Below, one piece after another: positions 52,261 through 63,127 of a DNA stretch of 64,000 nucleotides. How positions within the stretch are numbered: position 1 is the first letter of the stretch; the number at the start of each line of letters is the position of its first letter. The notes beneath the pieces were generated by a model. The model was given only the letters and a program-made list of their open reading frames with translations. It had not been told where the DNA came from and did no database searches. The translations under genes were made by a program, and so were the position numbers. The DNA comes from an uncultured delta proteobacterium (GTDB lineage Bacteria; Myxococcota_A; Polyangia; Fen-1088), in assembly GCA_963767925.1 (NCBI GenBank), contig CAVYGB010000008.1, positions 128,001 through 192,000 on the forward strand, given 5' to 3'.

Positions 52261-53262
52261 ATGAGCAACACGCTGTGCATGAAAGTCGACGACCAGCTGG
52301 CGACGCCGATCGGCGAGGAAACTCTGGATGAATCGATCCCGCAGGCGGACGACCCGGAGCCTCTGGCGGCGGCCGAGCCGGCGCGGGCGGTGACCGGGGA
52401 GGTCGCCACGCCCGAGCCCGAAGGATCGATCGTCCTGCACGAGTCGCTCCTCCGGGAGCCGACCGTCGACGAGCCGGACCCCGAGATCGCCGCCGCGATC
52501 GCCGCGATCCAGTCCGCGCCGGTTGCCACCGCCCTGGCGGTCGCCACCGCGGTCGAGACGCCCGAGGAGCCGGTCCCCGAGGGCAACCCCCGGGGCGGCA
52601 CCTCCGAGGTTCGCCAGTTCATCGCCATGCTCCGGAGCGAGCGCAAGGCCCGGGTGCGCACCCGCCGGCTCAAACGGCTGGGCTGGGTGGTGGCCGCCGC
52701 CGGCGCCGCCGGCTGGCTGGCCGCCCGATCGAGCGACCCCTCCGAGGGCGGGGTGGCCGCCGGCCCTCCGGCCGCGCTGGCCACCGTCACCGAGAGCTTG
52801 CCCCCGGTGGCCTTCGAGGTCGACCCGGCGGGCGCACTGCTGGCGCCCGCGAGCGCCGAGCCGCTCGGCGAGCCCGCCCAGTGCCAGGCGCACTTCGCCC
52901 AGCAGCGATGGCGCTCGGCGGTCGAGAGCTGCACCCGCGTCTTCGAGCAGGCGCCTGCCGCGGCCCTGGCGCTCCGGATCGCCCACGCCCACTACTCACG
53001 GGGTCAGGCCACGCCGGCCGGGTTCTGGGCGCGCACCGCGCTCGGCCTCGGCACCAAGGACGCCGACGCCTTCGTGTTGATCGGCCACTCCGAGCGCGAG
53101 GCGGGCCACACCCAGAACGCCGTCGACGCTTACCAGAAATACCTGCAGGCCTCGCCGCGGGGCTGGCACGCCAAGCGGCTGCGCGCAGCGCTCCGCGAGC
53201 TGAAACCCCGCCCCGCCTACCGCCAGCCCTCCGCGCGTCGAGACACCCGCCCCCCGGCCTGA
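52261..53262 (+). CDS. Membrane-anchored TPR-like protein
   Basis: GGAGG RBS, acidic N-terminus, TM, C-terminal helical TPR ending YQKYLQASPRG. Confidence 0.7.
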   Translation: MSNTLCMKVDDQLATPIGEETLDESIPQADDPEPLAAAEPARAVTGEVATPEPEGSIVLHESLLREPTVDEPDPEIAAAIAAIQSAPVATALAVATAVETPEEPVPEGNPRGGTSEVRQFIAMLRSERKARVRTRRLKRLGWVVAAAGAAGWLAARSSDPSEGGVAAGPPAALATVTESLPPVAFEVDPAGALLAPASAEPLGEPAQCQAHFAQQRWRSAVESCTRVFEQAPAAALALRIAHAHYSRGQATPAGFWARTALGLGTKDADAFVLIGHSEREAGHTQNAVDAYQKYLQASPRGWHAKRLRAALRELKPRPAYRQPSARRDTRPPA

Positions 53263-53445
53263 CCGTCGCTCGCCGCGTCCAGCCCGTCGCGTTGGCAGCG
53301 GCCGTCGGCCGCGACCCGACCGCTGGAACAAATCCCCGCGCCGCCCGTTACCGGGTTTGCCGGGGGATTTCGGTCGTGAAAGGTAGGCGGCGAAGGTACG
53401 CTCCCGGCTCGTCGGACAGTTCAGCCAGCCAGCCGGGGGTCGACC

Positions 53446-55236
53446 ATGCACATCCGCCATCTGGGAGCCCGATCGAGGATTCGCCTGCTGCGCGCGGCCG
53501 TCGCGCTGGCGGCGGGAGCGGGCGGCCTGCTCCCGGGCGGCCACCTCCACGCCGAGGAGCCGGTGGACCGGGCGGCCATCCACCAGATCAAGCAGGAGGG
53601 CCTGCGGCGGTCGAAGGTCATGGACTACGCCTCCATGTTGACCGACGTGCACGGGCCCCGCCTGACCGGCTCGCCCAACCTGCGGGCCTCCGCGGAGTGG
53701 GCCCGGAAGACTTTCCAGGAGCTCGGTCTCGAGCGGCCCCGCCTCGAGCCCTGGGGACCGTTCGGCCGGGGTTGGAGCCAGGAGTACTTCGAGGCCCATG
53801 TGGTGAGCCCGCAGCGCTTCTCCCTGGTCGGGTTCCCGAAGGCCTGGACGCCGGGGACGGCCGGACGGGTCGCGGGCGAGGTGGTGATGGTGACGGCGCT
53901 GACCCGGGACGAGGACCTCAAGGCCTGGGAAGGCAAGCTCCGGGGCAAGTTCGTGTTCTTCGCCCCGCCGCGCCCGGCCTCGCCGCCCTTCCAGGCACCG
54001 GCCCGGCGGCTCACCGATCAGGAGCTCGTCGACCTATCGTTCGAGGCCGACCCGTCGCGGGTCGGACCCAGCCTGCCAGGCATGGGGCAGGGCACGTCCG
54101 AAGGCGCCCAGCCCCCGGCGGCGCCGCAGCTCCCGCTCTACCTCCCGCCCCGCGACGGCCCGGCCGGCGCTCCCGGCGGGGGCGAGGGGGGCGACCGCCG
54201 GGAGTTCGTGGCCCGCCGGATGAAGTTCCTCCTCGATCAGGGGGTGCTGGCCGTGCTCGAGCCCGGTCGGGGCGACTCGGGCGTGTTCGTGGTGGCGAGC
54301 GGCGGCCCCCGCGATCGCAAGGAGCCGCCGGTGGTCCCCCAGGTCGTCTTGACCATGGACCACTACAATCGGATGGCCCGCCTGCTGGCCCGGAAGATCC
54401 CCGTCAAGCTGGAGATGGAGGTGCGCAACCGCTTCCACGACGAGGACCCGATGGCCTTCAACGTGCTCGCCGATCTGCCCGGCACCGACAAGCGCGGCGA
54501 GGTGGTGATGCTGGGCGCCCACCTCGACTCCTGGCACGCGGGCACCGGCGCCACCGACAACGCTGCCGGGGTGGCGGTGGTGATGGAGGCGATCCGCATC
54601 CTCAAGGCCACCGGCCTCAAGCTGCGCCGGACGGTGCGGGTGGGCCTGTGGACCGGCGAGGAGCAGGGGATCTTCGGCTCGCGGGCCTACGTGAAGGCCC
54701 ACTTCGCCGATCGGGCCGACATGAAGCCCCGGCCCGATCACGCGCGGCTGGCCGGCTACTTCAACCTCGACAACGGCACTGGCGCCATCCGCGGGATCTT
54801 CGCCCAGAGCAACGACGCCGTGGTCCCGATCTTCGAGGACTGGTGCGCGCCCCTGCGCAGCCTGGGGGTGACGACGGTCAGCCCGCGCAACACCGGCGGC
54901 ACCGACCATCTGCCCTTCGACGAGGTGGGCCTGCCCGGCTTCCAGTTCATCCAGGACCCGGTCGACTACCAGTCGCGCACCCACCACACCAACCTCGACA
55001 CCTACGAGCGGCTGGTGGCCAACGACATGACGAAAAACGCGGTCGTCATGGCCAGCTTCGCCTACCACACCGCCAACCGGGCGGAGCGGCTCCCCCGCAA
55101 GCCGATGCCGAAGGCGCCCGCGCGGCCGGCACCGCCTGCCGCACCCGCCGCTCCCGGCCGCCAGCCCACCGCTCAGCCGCCCGCCGGGTCCGCCCCTCAG
55201 GCGCAGACGCAGGGGCCCACCACGGGCGGGCTATGA
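53446..55236 (+). CDS. M28 family metallopeptidase (carboxypeptidase Q-like), secreted
   Basis: GPRLTGS, GAHLDSW, GATDNAAG, TGEEQG, FNLDNG, HHTNLDT. Confidence 0.9.
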   Translation: MHIRHLGARSRIRLLRAAVALAAGAGGLLPGGHLHAEEPVDRAAIHQIKQEGLRRSKVMDYASMLTDVHGPRLTGSPNLRASAEWARKTFQELGLERPRLEPWGPFGRGWSQEYFEAHVVSPQRFSLVGFPKAWTPGTAGRVAGEVVMVTALTRDEDLKAWEGKLRGKFVFFAPPRPASPPFQAPARRLTDQELVDLSFEADPSRVGPSLPGMGQGTSEGAQPPAAPQLPLYLPPRDGPAGAPGGGEGGDRREFVARRMKFLLDQGVLAVLEPGRGDSGVFVVASGGPRDRKEPPVVPQVVLTMDHYNRMARLLARKIPVKLEMEVRNRFHDEDPMAFNVLADLPGTDKRGEVVMLGAHLDSWHAGTGATDNAAGVAVVMEAIRILKATGLKLRRTVRVGLWTGEEQGIFGSRAYVKAHFADRADMKPRPDHARLAGYFNLDNGTGAIRGIFAQSNDAVVPIFEDWCAPLRSLGVTTVSPRNTGGTDHLPFDEVGLPGFQFIQDPVDYQSRTHHTNLDTYERLVANDMTKNAVVMASFAYHTANRAERLPRKPMPKAPARPAPPAAPAAPGRQPTAQPPAGSAPQAQTQGPTTGGL

Positions 55237-55284
55237 CCGCCGCGAGGCGCCACCGCCGATGATCGGCCCGGCCGATTTTCTCGC

Positions 55285-55310
55285 GAACAAACCGGGCGCG
55301 GCGCCGTGTA
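55285..55310 (+). promoter_or_regulatory. Putative ECF autoregulatory promoter
   Basis: GAAC-N16-CGTGTA immediately upstream of the ECF sigma gene. Confidence 0.45.
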
Positions 55311-55323
55311 ACGCCTGGCCTAC

Positions 55324-55920
55324 ATGCGAACCATGCCCCTGAGATCTCCCGCCTCGGCCGAGCGTGAGCGGGAGCTGGACGAGGCCACCCTCCGGCGGGC
55401 CCAGGCCGGTGACCAGTCGGCGCAGGCCGCCCTGATCGAGCGCTACCAGCGCCCGGTGTTCGCCCTGCTGTCGCGCATGGTGGGCGGCGATCCGGAGCTG
55501 GTCGAGGACCTGGCCCAGGAGACCTTCTTGCGGGTGCTGGGCGCGCTGGCCGGCTTCGACCCCCGGGGGGAGGCCCGCCTGGTGACCTGGATCCTCACCA
55601 TCGCCGGGCATCTGGCCATCGATCACCTGCGCGCGGCCGGCTCGCGGGGGGACGCCAGCGCGGCGGCGGGCGGCCTGCCGTCGACGTTGCCCCGCCCGGA
55701 TCAGGACGCCCAGCGGCGCGACCTGGCGGTCGCCCTGGCCACCGCCGTCGACGAGCTGGGTCCCCACTTCCGGGCCGCCTTCGTGCTGCGCGAGGTGCAG
55801 GGGCTCAGCTACGAGGAGATCGCCACCGTGCTCGACATCCAGGTCGGCACGGTCAAGTCGCGGCTGTCGCGGGCGCGCTGGGCCCTCAAGCGGGCCCTGG
55901 CGGAGCTGCACGATGAGTGA
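55324..55920 (+). CDS. ECF RNA polymerase sigma factor
   Basis: EDLAQETFLR, TWILTIA, GLSYEEIA, GTVKSRLSRAR. Confidence 0.92.
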   Translation: MRTMPLRSPASAERERELDEATLRRAQAGDQSAQAALIERYQRPVFALLSRMVGGDPELVEDLAQETFLRVLGALAGFDPRGEARLVTWILTIAGHLAIDHLRAAGSRGDASAAAGGLPSTLPRPDQDAQRRDLAVALATAVDELGPHFRAAFVLREVQGLSYEEIATVLDIQVGTVKSRLSRARWALKRALAELHDE

Positions 55921-57313
55921 CCGGCGCGATCCCCGGTCGATCGAGGAGCTCCCGCTCGAGCAGCTCATCGACGAGCTGTGGCCCTTCCCGCAGCCCCCGC
56001 CCGGGTTTGCCGCCCGCGTGCTGGCCGCCCACCACCGCCGGGGCGCGCTCGCGGCGCCGGCCGGCCGCCGCCCGGAGGAGCAGCGGACCGCCCGCTGGCC
56101 GCTGCTCGTCGCCCTCGGCGCCGGGGGAGCCCTGGCCGCCGCCCTCGTGCTCCTGGTGGTGACCCGGGGCGGAGGCAGCGGGGCCATCGTGCGGACCGAC
56201 GGGCAGCTAAGAGCCGACGAGCGGCAGACCGTCCGTCTCGACGACCGGGTGCTGGCGGTCGCCGAGAAGGGCAGCGAGATCGCCTGGAGCGCGCGCGCCG
56301 ACGGCCTGCGCGTCGACCAGCCGCGCGGCGAGGTCTTCTATCGCGTCGACAAGGGGGACCAGTTCCTCGTCGTCACGCCCGCCGGGGAGGTCGAGGTCAC
56401 CGGGACCTGCTTCCGGGTGGCGGTCGACGAGCCCGGGAGTGGCCGCCTGTCGCCCCGCATGCGGGTGGAGGTCTCCGAGGGGTCGGTCCGGGCGCGCAGC
56501 GGCCCCAGCGAGATCGTCCTGCGCGCGGGCGAGGAGGCCCGCCTGTCTCCCGACCAGGTCCCCCTGCGCACCGACCGCAGCGACAGCACCGGACCCGTGG
56601 TCGAGGGGCCCCACGCTGCCAGCGCCGCCGAGCTGCGGGCCTGGGAGCGGGCCAGCCGCATCCGGGCCCTGGAGGCGGAGGCCCGCCTGCGGCGGCTGGA
56701 GCGGACGGTGGCCCTGCAGCCCCGTCCGGCCGAAGCCGCCGGGGCCAGCGCCGGCCTGCCCCCGCGCCGCAAGGTGTACGCCTTCACCGCGGAGGAGCGG
56801 GCGGCCCTGGCCCGCCGCTGCGAGTTTCGCTGGGGTCTGCCCCGCCACCTCACCCACTGGGCTACCCCCTCGGTCGACAAGAAGCTCGTCATCGACGCCG
56901 TCGAGAGCGCTGCGGTGGCCCGGGTCATGGAAGAGCAGCGGACCGAGTTCATGGAGCAGCTCCGGGCCCTGTACCTGGAGGTGGTCGGGGATCGCCAGGC
57001 CGTGGCGACCCTCTCGGCCATGGCCCTGCACCACGAGATCACCAACAAGTCGCGCAGCGGGGATGGTCACGAGGCCCGCCAGAACCTGCTGCTCGAGTGG
57101 GCCGGCCGGCGGCCACCACCGGCCGACCCCGACCGCAGCCCCCCGCTCGAGCGCTTCTGGCGCCTGCAGACGGGCGCGGGCGACGAGCTCGTGCGCCGCC
57201 TGCAGCCCATCCTGGGACCCGAACGGGCTCGCGAGCTGGCCCTGGACCTGACCGACGTCAGCGTCCGGGGCCACGAGCGAAACTGCCCGTCCGGGGATAA
57301 GACCGGCCGCTGA
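55913..57313 (+). CDS. FecR-domain anti-sigma factor
   Basis: Overlaps the ECF stop; PPGFAARVL, TM, VVTPAGEVEVTGTCFRV, VEVSEGSV. Confidence 0.85.
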   Translation: MSDRRDPRSIEELPLEQLIDELWPFPQPPPGFAARVLAAHHRRGALAAPAGRRPEEQRTARWPLLVALGAGGALAAALVLLVVTRGGGSGAIVRTDGQLRADERQTVRLDDRVLAVAEKGSEIAWSARADGLRVDQPRGEVFYRVDKGDQFLVVTPAGEVEVTGTCFRVAVDEPGSGRLSPRMRVEVSEGSVRARSGPSEIVLRAGEEARLSPDQVPLRTDRSDSTGPVVEGPHAASAAELRAWERASRIRALEAEARLRRLERTVALQPRPAEAAGASAGLPPRRKVYAFTAEERAALARRCEFRWGLPRHLTHWATPSVDKKLVIDAVESAAVARVMEEQRTEFMEQLRALYLEVVGDRQAVATLSAMALHHEITNKSRSGDGHEARQNLLLEWAGRRPPPADPDRSPPLERFWRLQTGAGDELVRRLQPILGPERARELALDLTDVSVRGHERNCPSGDKTGR

Positions 57314-57326
57314 GGCGGCCGGCCGC

Positions 57327-57999
57327 TCACTCGGCGGCCTGGGCCTCCGGCAGCGGCTCGCCGTGGACGGGGGTCAGGACCAGGGCCGGCATCCTCGCGC
57401 AGGCGAACAGGGTGGCCGCGACGCCGAGGTAGCTGGCGGCCAGGACCGGCGACTCGGCGAACCCGATCGCCTCGCCGTGCATGAAGCCGAAGAAGGTCAG
57501 CACGGCTCCCACCGCCGCGAAGACCCCCGCCTTGCTGAAGGCCCGGTCGATGATGAAGGCGGCGATCGCGCCGAGGATGAGGCCGCCCAGGATCGAGCCG
57601 CCGCCCAGGACGGACAGGCCCTGGTAGAGCACCCCTCCCTGGCCGAGCTTGTCGAAGCCCACCGCCGCGGCGGAGGTGCCGGCCGCGGCCAGCGAGTTGT
57701 CGATCTGCAGCTTGCCCCAGTGGGCCAGGTGGGGCATCAGCGACAGGATGATGGCGGGGGCGTGGCTCCTGGGCGTCTCCTGGAAGGGCCAGCCGGGCGT
57801 AATACAAGGTCGACAGGCACAACATCAGGCCGGTGGCGGGGATGATGCGCCCGAACACCAGCTCGTCGGGCATGCGCAGGACGAAGCGCAACAGCCCGGT
57901 CAGCACCAGCAGGTTGACGAGGATGTTGGTGCCGAACCCGAAAAACGCGTTCCAGTCACCGGGCGTCCACAGCGCCGGCTTCTTCCCTTCGATCGTCAT
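57327..57999 (-). pseudogene. Nucleobase/NCS2-like permease with large internal deletion
   Basis: N-terminal WTPGDWNAFFGFGTNILVN..YYARLA joins out of frame at about 57785 to C-terminal FQETPRSHAPAII..GGGSILGGL..FFGFMH; only about 224 codons remain. Confidence 0.75.
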
Positions 58000-58027
58000 G
58001 ATTGTCTCCTCCTCCGTCTGCCCTGCA

Positions 58028-58705
58028 CTATTCGAGCGCCGCGAGCACCCGGGCCGAGTCGGTGACCCAGCCGAAGATCCCGCCCTGGGCCTTGATCATC
58101 CGCAGGGCGACCTCGTGAAACTCCGGGAAATACGAGGCGCAGCAGTCGCCGGGCACCAGGCAGCGGTACCCGCGGTCGTTGGCCTCTCGCACCGTCGTGT
58201 GCACGCAGACCTCGGTTGTCACGCCGCACACGATGAGGTCGGCGATGCCCAGGTTCTGCAGGATGGTGTGCAGGTCGGTGGCGAAGAAGGATCCCTTGCC
58301 CGGCTTGTCGATCACCGGCTCGCCCGGCCGGGGGTACAGCTCGGGCACGATGTCGTGGCCGGCCTCGCCGCGCACGAGGATGCGGCCCATGGGGCCGGGG
58401 TCTCCGATGCGTTTCCCGGGCGCGCCCCGCTGCACCTTGGCCGGCGGAGCGTCGCTCAGATCGGGCCGGTGCCCCTCGCGGGTGTGGAGGATCGGCAGGC
58501 CCTTGCGGCGGGCCAGCTCCAGGAGGGCCCGGCAGGGCTTCACCGCGGCCGAGAGCCGCTGCACCTGGTTGCCCAGCGCCTCCCCGAAGCCGCCCGGCTC
58601 GAGGAAGTCCCGCTGCATGTCGATGATGATCAGCGCCGTGCGGGCGAGATCGAGGGAGATGGCCCCTGGCTCGGCGGCAATGCTGACGACTCCGGTGGCC
58701 CCCAT
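58028..58705 (-). CDS. trtA: Isochorismatase-family cysteine hydrolase, triuret hydrolase (TrtA)-like
   Basis: Catalytic D (IDMQ), K (DKPGKG), C (TTEVC); residues GGF, EALGN, TEV, ASY, QGGIFG match the TrtA rather than BiuH signature as I recall it. Confidence 0.75.
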   Translation of the reverse strand: MGATGVVSIAAEPGAISLDLARTALIIIDMQRDFLEPGGFGEALGNQVQRLSAAVKPCRALLELARRKGLPILHTREGHRPDLSDAPPAKVQRGAPGKRIGDPGPMGRILVRGEAGHDIVPELYPRPGEPVIDKPGKGSFFATDLHTILQNLGIADLIVCGVTTEVCVHTTVREANDRGYRCLVPGDCCASYFPEFHEVALRMIKAQGGIFGWVTDSARVLAALE

Positions 58706-58776
58706 GTTCGGTCCTCTCTCCCGGGACCTCTGGGTCTCGGGGCTAGTGACCGTACCGAGCGTACCTGAGCGTCGTT

Positions 58777-61700
58777 TCAGCCATCTTTCGTCGAGGTTAA
58801 ACTCTCCTGCACCACGGCCAGGATCTGGCCCGGCTGCACCGGGCGGCCGGCGACGGCGCGGATCTCCCGCACGGTGCCCGCGCTCGTCGCCGCCACGCTG
58901 ATCTCGGTCTTCATCGCCTCGACGATCGCGAGCGGCTCGCCCTCGGCCACCCGGTCACCCGGGGCCTTGAGGATCTTCCAGAGGTTGCCCGCCACTGGGC
59001 TGAGCACGGGCAGGCAGCCGGGCGGCAAGTCGGCCGCAGGCGGCGGCGGGTCGGCCTCGACGGGATCGTCCGCCGCCAGGTCCTGGCCGGCGGCGGCCCA
59101 GCGCTCGCGCTCGGCGAGGAAGGCCGCCTGCTGCTGGCGCTTGAAGGCGGCGATCTCCCGGGCGCTCTCCCCCAGCAGCCGCTGGTAGGCGGGGAAGTCG
59201 AAGATCCCCTCCTCGATCCGGATCGGGGTGCGGCCGAACAGGAACCCCGCCCGCATGGCCAGCAGCTCGTCCGCCGCCACCGGGTAAAAGCGGATGCGAT
59301 CGAAGGGGCGCAGCAGCCAGGGTTTGCCCTCGCGAAAGGGCGGGGTCTGGCGGTGCGTGTTCCAGACCTGCACCGTCCGGCCGACGAACTGGTAGCCGCC
59401 GGGTCCCTCCATGCCATAGATGCACAGGTAGGCGCCGCCGATCCCCACCGCGTTCTCCGGGGTCCAGGTGCGGGCCGGGTTGTATTTGGTGGTGACGAGC
59501 CGGTGCCGGGGATCGAGGGGCGTGGCCACCGGCGCCCCCAGGTAGACGTCGCCCAGGCCGAGCACGAGGAAGCTGGCGTCGAAGACGATGCCGCGGACGT
59601 CGGCGGTGCTCGCCAGGCCGTTGATGCGGCGGATGAACTCGATGTTGCTCGGGCACCAGGGCGCGTCGCTGCGCACCACCCGCTGGTACTTCTCGATGGC
59701 CTCCAGGGTGGCTGGATCCTCCCAGGACAGCGGCAGGTGCACGGTGCGGCTGGGGATGCGCAGGCTCTCGGGTCCGGGCAGGTCGGCCTCCAGGGCCTTC
59801 AGGGTCTGCAGCAGGGCGGGGGTGGAGAGGCGCCCGGGATCGTGGTGGATCTGCAGCGAGCGGATCCCCGGCGTCAGGTCGACGATCCCCGGCAGGGCCC
59901 GGGCGGCCAGCGCCTCCATGAGGGCGTGGGCCCGCAGGCGCAGGGCCAGGTCGAGGGTGGGGGGGCCGTATTCGACGAGCAGATAGTCGTCGCCCGCTCG
60001 CCGGTACACGACTGGCACCGGGCCCCGGCTGCCCTCGGCCAGGATGGGAGAGTCCTGCTCGATCGGCAGGGCGCGGCCGGCGGGGCGGGGGCGGGGGGGC
60101 TCGAGCTCGTCGATCCAGGATTGCTGATCGGCGAGCAGGGCCGCCCCCTCCTCCGGCGTGATTCGCCGGAAGTGGACCCGGTCGCCGGCCTTGAGCTGGC
60201 CCAGCTTCCAGCGCTCGGCCTGGACCACTGTGGCGGGGCAGACGAACCCGCCGAGGCTGGGCCCGTCGGGGCCGAGGAGGATCGGCATGTCGCCGGTGAA
60301 GTCCACCGTGCCGACCGCGTAGGCGTTGTCGTGGATGTTCGAGGGGTGCAGGCCGGCCTCGCCGCCGTCGGAGCGGGCCCAGGTCGGCCGGGGCCCGATC
60401 AGGCGGACGCCGGTGCGGTCGGAGTTGTGGTGCACGCGGAACGAGGTGGCGAAGAAGGTCTCGATGTCCGCGTCGGTGAAGAAGTCGGGCGCCCCGTGGG
60501 GGCCGTACAGCACGGCCAGATCCCAGCTCCGGGGGTATTCGGGGAGGGCCCGCAGGGGGCTGGTGAGGGGGGCGTGGACGGCGGCGCTGCTGCCCACCCG
60601 CAGGACGTCCCCCGGTCGCAGGGCCCGGCCGCCGTGGCCCCCGAAGCCACCGAGCAGGAAGGTCGCCCGGCTGCCGAACACCTCGGGCACGTCGAGCCCG
60701 CCGCGCACCGCCAGGTAAGCGCGCGCGCCCGCCCGGGGCCCCGCGCTCGCCACCGCCCCCAGGCGCAGCAGCCCACCCGCCGGCACGGTGAAGGCGCAGC
60801 CCTCGGGGACCGGCCGTCCGTCGAGCCGGGCCGCGATCTCGGACCCGGCCAGCGCCACCACCGCCTGCCGGCGAAAGCGCAGGGTGGGCCCGGCCAGCGC
60901 CAGCTCGAGGGCGGGGGCGCCAGGGGCGTTGCCCACCAGGCGGTTGGCCACCCGGAAGGCGAAGTCGTCCATCGGGCCCGAGGGGGGGACGCCCACCGCC
61001 CACAGGCCGAGCCGGCCCGGCCAGTCCTGCACCGTGGTCTGGGTGCCGCCGTCGACGACGTCGATGGCCGCCGCGTCCGGCTGGATCTCGCCCAGCAGGT
61101 CGGTCCGCACGTCGCCCCGGGCGAAGGCGGGGTGCTCGACCACCACCTGCAGGTAGGCGAGGTTCGTCTCGATGCCGTGGATGCGGGTCTGCGCCAGGGC
61201 GTCGGCCAGGCGGGCCAGCGCCTGGCTCCGGTCGGCGCCGGTGGCGATGATCTTCACCAGCAGCGGGTCGTAGTGGGGCGTGATCTCGAGCCCCGGCTCG
61301 ATCCAGCCGTCGCAGCGCACGCCGGGGGGCAGCTCGACCGCGGTGAGGCGCCCGGTGCTGGGCTGGAAGCCCTTGCCCGCGTCCTCGGCGTAGACCCGGG
61401 CCTCCACCGCGGCTCCCCGCGGCCCGGGAGCCCGGGCGGGCAGGGTGAACCCGCCGGCGGCCTGGCGGATCATCCACTCGACGAGATCGATCCCGGTGAC
61501 CGCCTCGGTCACCCCGTGCTCGACCTGCAGCCTCGTGTTGACCTCGAGGAAGAAGACCTCCTGCGAGCGCCCGTCCATCACGAACTCGACCGTGCCGGCC
61601 GAGGCGTAGCGCACGGCCTGCCCCATGCGCACCGCCGCCTCCTGCAGGGCCTGGCGCACCTCCGGCCGCAGGCCCGGGGCGGGCGCCTCTTCGATCACCT

Positions 61701-62406
61701 TCTGGTTGCGGCGCTGGGTGGAGCAGTCACGCTCGCCGAGGGCCAGCACGTTGCCCGTCCCGTCGCCGAAGATCTGCACCTCGATGTGGCGGGCCGGCTC
61801 GAGGAAACGCTCGAGGTAGGCCCCGCCGTCGTCGAAGTTCTGGCGGGACAGGCGCCGGACCGTCTCGAAGGCCTCCTCGAGGGCCCGGGCGTCCCGGCAC
61901 ACGCGCAGGCCGATCCCCCCGCCGCCGGCGGTGCTCTTGCACATCACCGGGTACCCGATCCGCTCGGCCGCCGCGCGGGCCTCCTCGAGATCGGCCAGCA
62001 GGCCGGTCCCCGGCAGCAGGGGGACCCCCTCGCGGACGGCGACCTCCCGGGCCAGGTGCTTGAGGCCGAAGCGGTGGATCTGCTCGGGCGTGGGGCCGAT
62101 GAAGCGGATCCCCGCCGCCTGGCAGGTCCGGGCGAACGCCGCGTTCTCCGAGAGGAACCCGTACCCGGGATGGATCGCCTCCGCGCCGCTGGCCTGGGCG
62201 GCGGCGAGGATGCGCTCGCTCCGCAGGTAGCTCTCGCCCACGGCGGCCCCCCCGATCGGGATCGCCTCGTCGGCCTCCCGCACGTGGCGGGCGTTGGCGT
62301 CCGCCTCCGAGTAGACCGCCACCGACCCGATCCCCATCTCCCGCAAAGTCCGCAACACGCGGCAGGCGATCTCCCCCCGGTTGGCAACCAGAACCTTGCG
62401 AAACAT
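58777..62406 (-). CDS. uca: Urea/guanidine carboxylase
   Basis: Biotin carboxylase (ANRGEIA, GGGGIG, EVNTRLQVEH), CT domain (HNSDRTGVRL, HPSNIHD), biotinyl EAMK. Confidence 0.95.
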   Translation of the reverse strand: MFRKVLVANRGEIACRVLRTLREMGIGSVAVYSEADANARHVREADEAIPIGGAAVGESYLRSERILAAAQASGAEAIHPGYGFLSENAAFARTCQAAGIRFIGPTPEQIHRFGLKHLAREVAVREGVPLLPGTGLLADLEEARAAAERIGYPVMCKSTAGGGGIGLRVCRDARALEEAFETVRRLSRQNFDDGGAYLERFLEPARHIEVQIFGDGTGNVLALGERDCSTQRRNQKVIEEAPAPGLRPEVRQALQEAAVRMGQAVRYASAGTVEFVMDGRSQEVFFLEVNTRLQVEHGVTEAVTGIDLVEWMIRQAAGGFTLPARAPGPRGAAVEARVYAEDAGKGFQPSTGRLTAVELPPGVRCDGWIEPGLEITPHYDPLLVKIIATGADRSQALARLADALAQTRIHGIETNLAYLQVVVEHPAFARGDVRTDLLGEIQPDAAAIDVVDGGTQTTVQDWPGRLGLWAVGVPPSGPMDDFAFRVANRLVGNAPGAPALELALAGPTLRFRRQAVVALAGSEIAARLDGRPVPEGCAFTVPAGGLLRLGAVASAGPRAGARAYLAVRGGLDVPEVFGSRATFLLGGFGGHGGRALRPGDVLRVGSSAAVHAPLTSPLRALPEYPRSWDLAVLYGPHGAPDFFTDADIETFFATSFRVHHNSDRTGVRLIGPRPTWARSDGGEAGLHPSNIHDNAYAVGTVDFTGDMPILLGPDGPSLGGFVCPATVVQAERWKLGQLKAGDRVHFRRITPEEGAALLADQQSWIDELEPPRPRPAGRALPIEQDSPILAEGSRGPVPVVYRRAGDDYLLVEYGPPTLDLALRLRAHALMEALAARALPGIVDLTPGIRSLQIHHDPGRLSTPALLQTLKALEADLPGPESLRIPSRTVHLPLSWEDPATLEAIEKYQRVVRSDAPWCPSNIEFIRRINGLASTADVRGIVFDASFLVLGLGDVYLGAPVATPLDPRHRLVTTKYNPARTWTPENAVGIGGAYLCIYGMEGPGGYQFVGRTVQVWNTHRQTPPFREGKPWLLRPFDRIRFYPVAADELLAMRAGFLFGRTPIRIEEGIFDFPAYQRLLGESAREIAAFKRQQQAAFLAERERWAAAGQDLAADDPVEADPPPPAADLPPGCLPVLSPVAGNLWKILKAPGDRVAEGEPLAIVEAMKTEISVAATSAGTVREIRAVAGRPVQPGQILAVVQESLTSTKDG

Positions 62407-62461
62407 CCTGCGATTGGCTCCGTTCAGCAGACGCTCCCGGGAGAGCGGTTCGAGTCCTCGT

Positions 62462-63115
62462 CTAGATGGGGTTCCAGACCAGGAGCCGGATGGGGGTGGG
62501 GTTGTAGGCGTTGCAGGGGTTGTTGAGCTGGGGGCAGTTGGAGATCAGGCACAACACGTCCATCTCCGCCCGCAGCTCGACGTATTTGCCGCCCGCCGAC
62601 ACGCCGTCCTCGAAGGTGAGCTTGCCCTCGACCGTCACCGGGACGTTCATGAAGAAGTTGATGTTGGCGGTGAGGTCTCGCTTGCCCAGCGGGAGGTTCG
62701 CCCTGGCCGCCGCCAGCAGGAAGCTGTCCCGGCAGTTGTGCATGTTGCGGGTGTGGTGGCCGTAGCGGACGGTGTTGCTCTCGGCCGAGCAGGCGCCGCC
62801 CAGGGTGTCGTGGCGCCCGCAGAGGTCGGCCACGATGGTCAGCAGCTTGCGGTTGCTGGTGGAGCGCAGCTCGCTCCCGGTGCTGAGGTAGAGGTTCCCC
62901 TGGGCCCGGATCGTGTCGACCGCGCTGTACCGTTCCCGGGGGTCCTCGGCGTTGAAGAACAGGGTGTCGACCGCCTGGTTTCCCTCGAGGTCGACGATGC
63001 GCAGGACCTGGCCCCGGTTGATCCGTCGCAGCCAGGCCTCGCCGGCCGGCAGCACCGCGTCCAGCGCGGCCCGGGCGGGATCGAGGCGGCTCTCCTTGAA
63101 GTTGAAAGAACGCAT
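62462..63115 (-). CDS. cgdB: DUF1989 carboxyguanidine deiminase subunit B (UAAP2)
   Basis: [44 protein letters not shown]. Confidence 0.9.
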   Translation of the reverse strand: MRSFNFKESRLDPARAALDAVLPAGEAWLRRINRGQVLRIVDLEGNQAVDTLFFNAEDPRERYSAVDTIRAQGNLYLSTGSELRSTSNRKLLTIVADLCGRHDTLGGACSAESNTVRYGHHTRNMHNCRDSFLLAAARANLPLGKRDLTANINFFMNVPVTVEGKLTFEDGVSAGGKYVELRAEMDVLCLISNCPQLNNPCNAYNPTPIRLLVWNPI

Positions 63116-63127
63116 GATCGCTCCGGC

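Noticed and set aside
58706..58776. GGTACG repeats between uca and the cysteine hydrolase as a mini-riboswitch
   Set aside because: No paired ACGR-loop hairpins.
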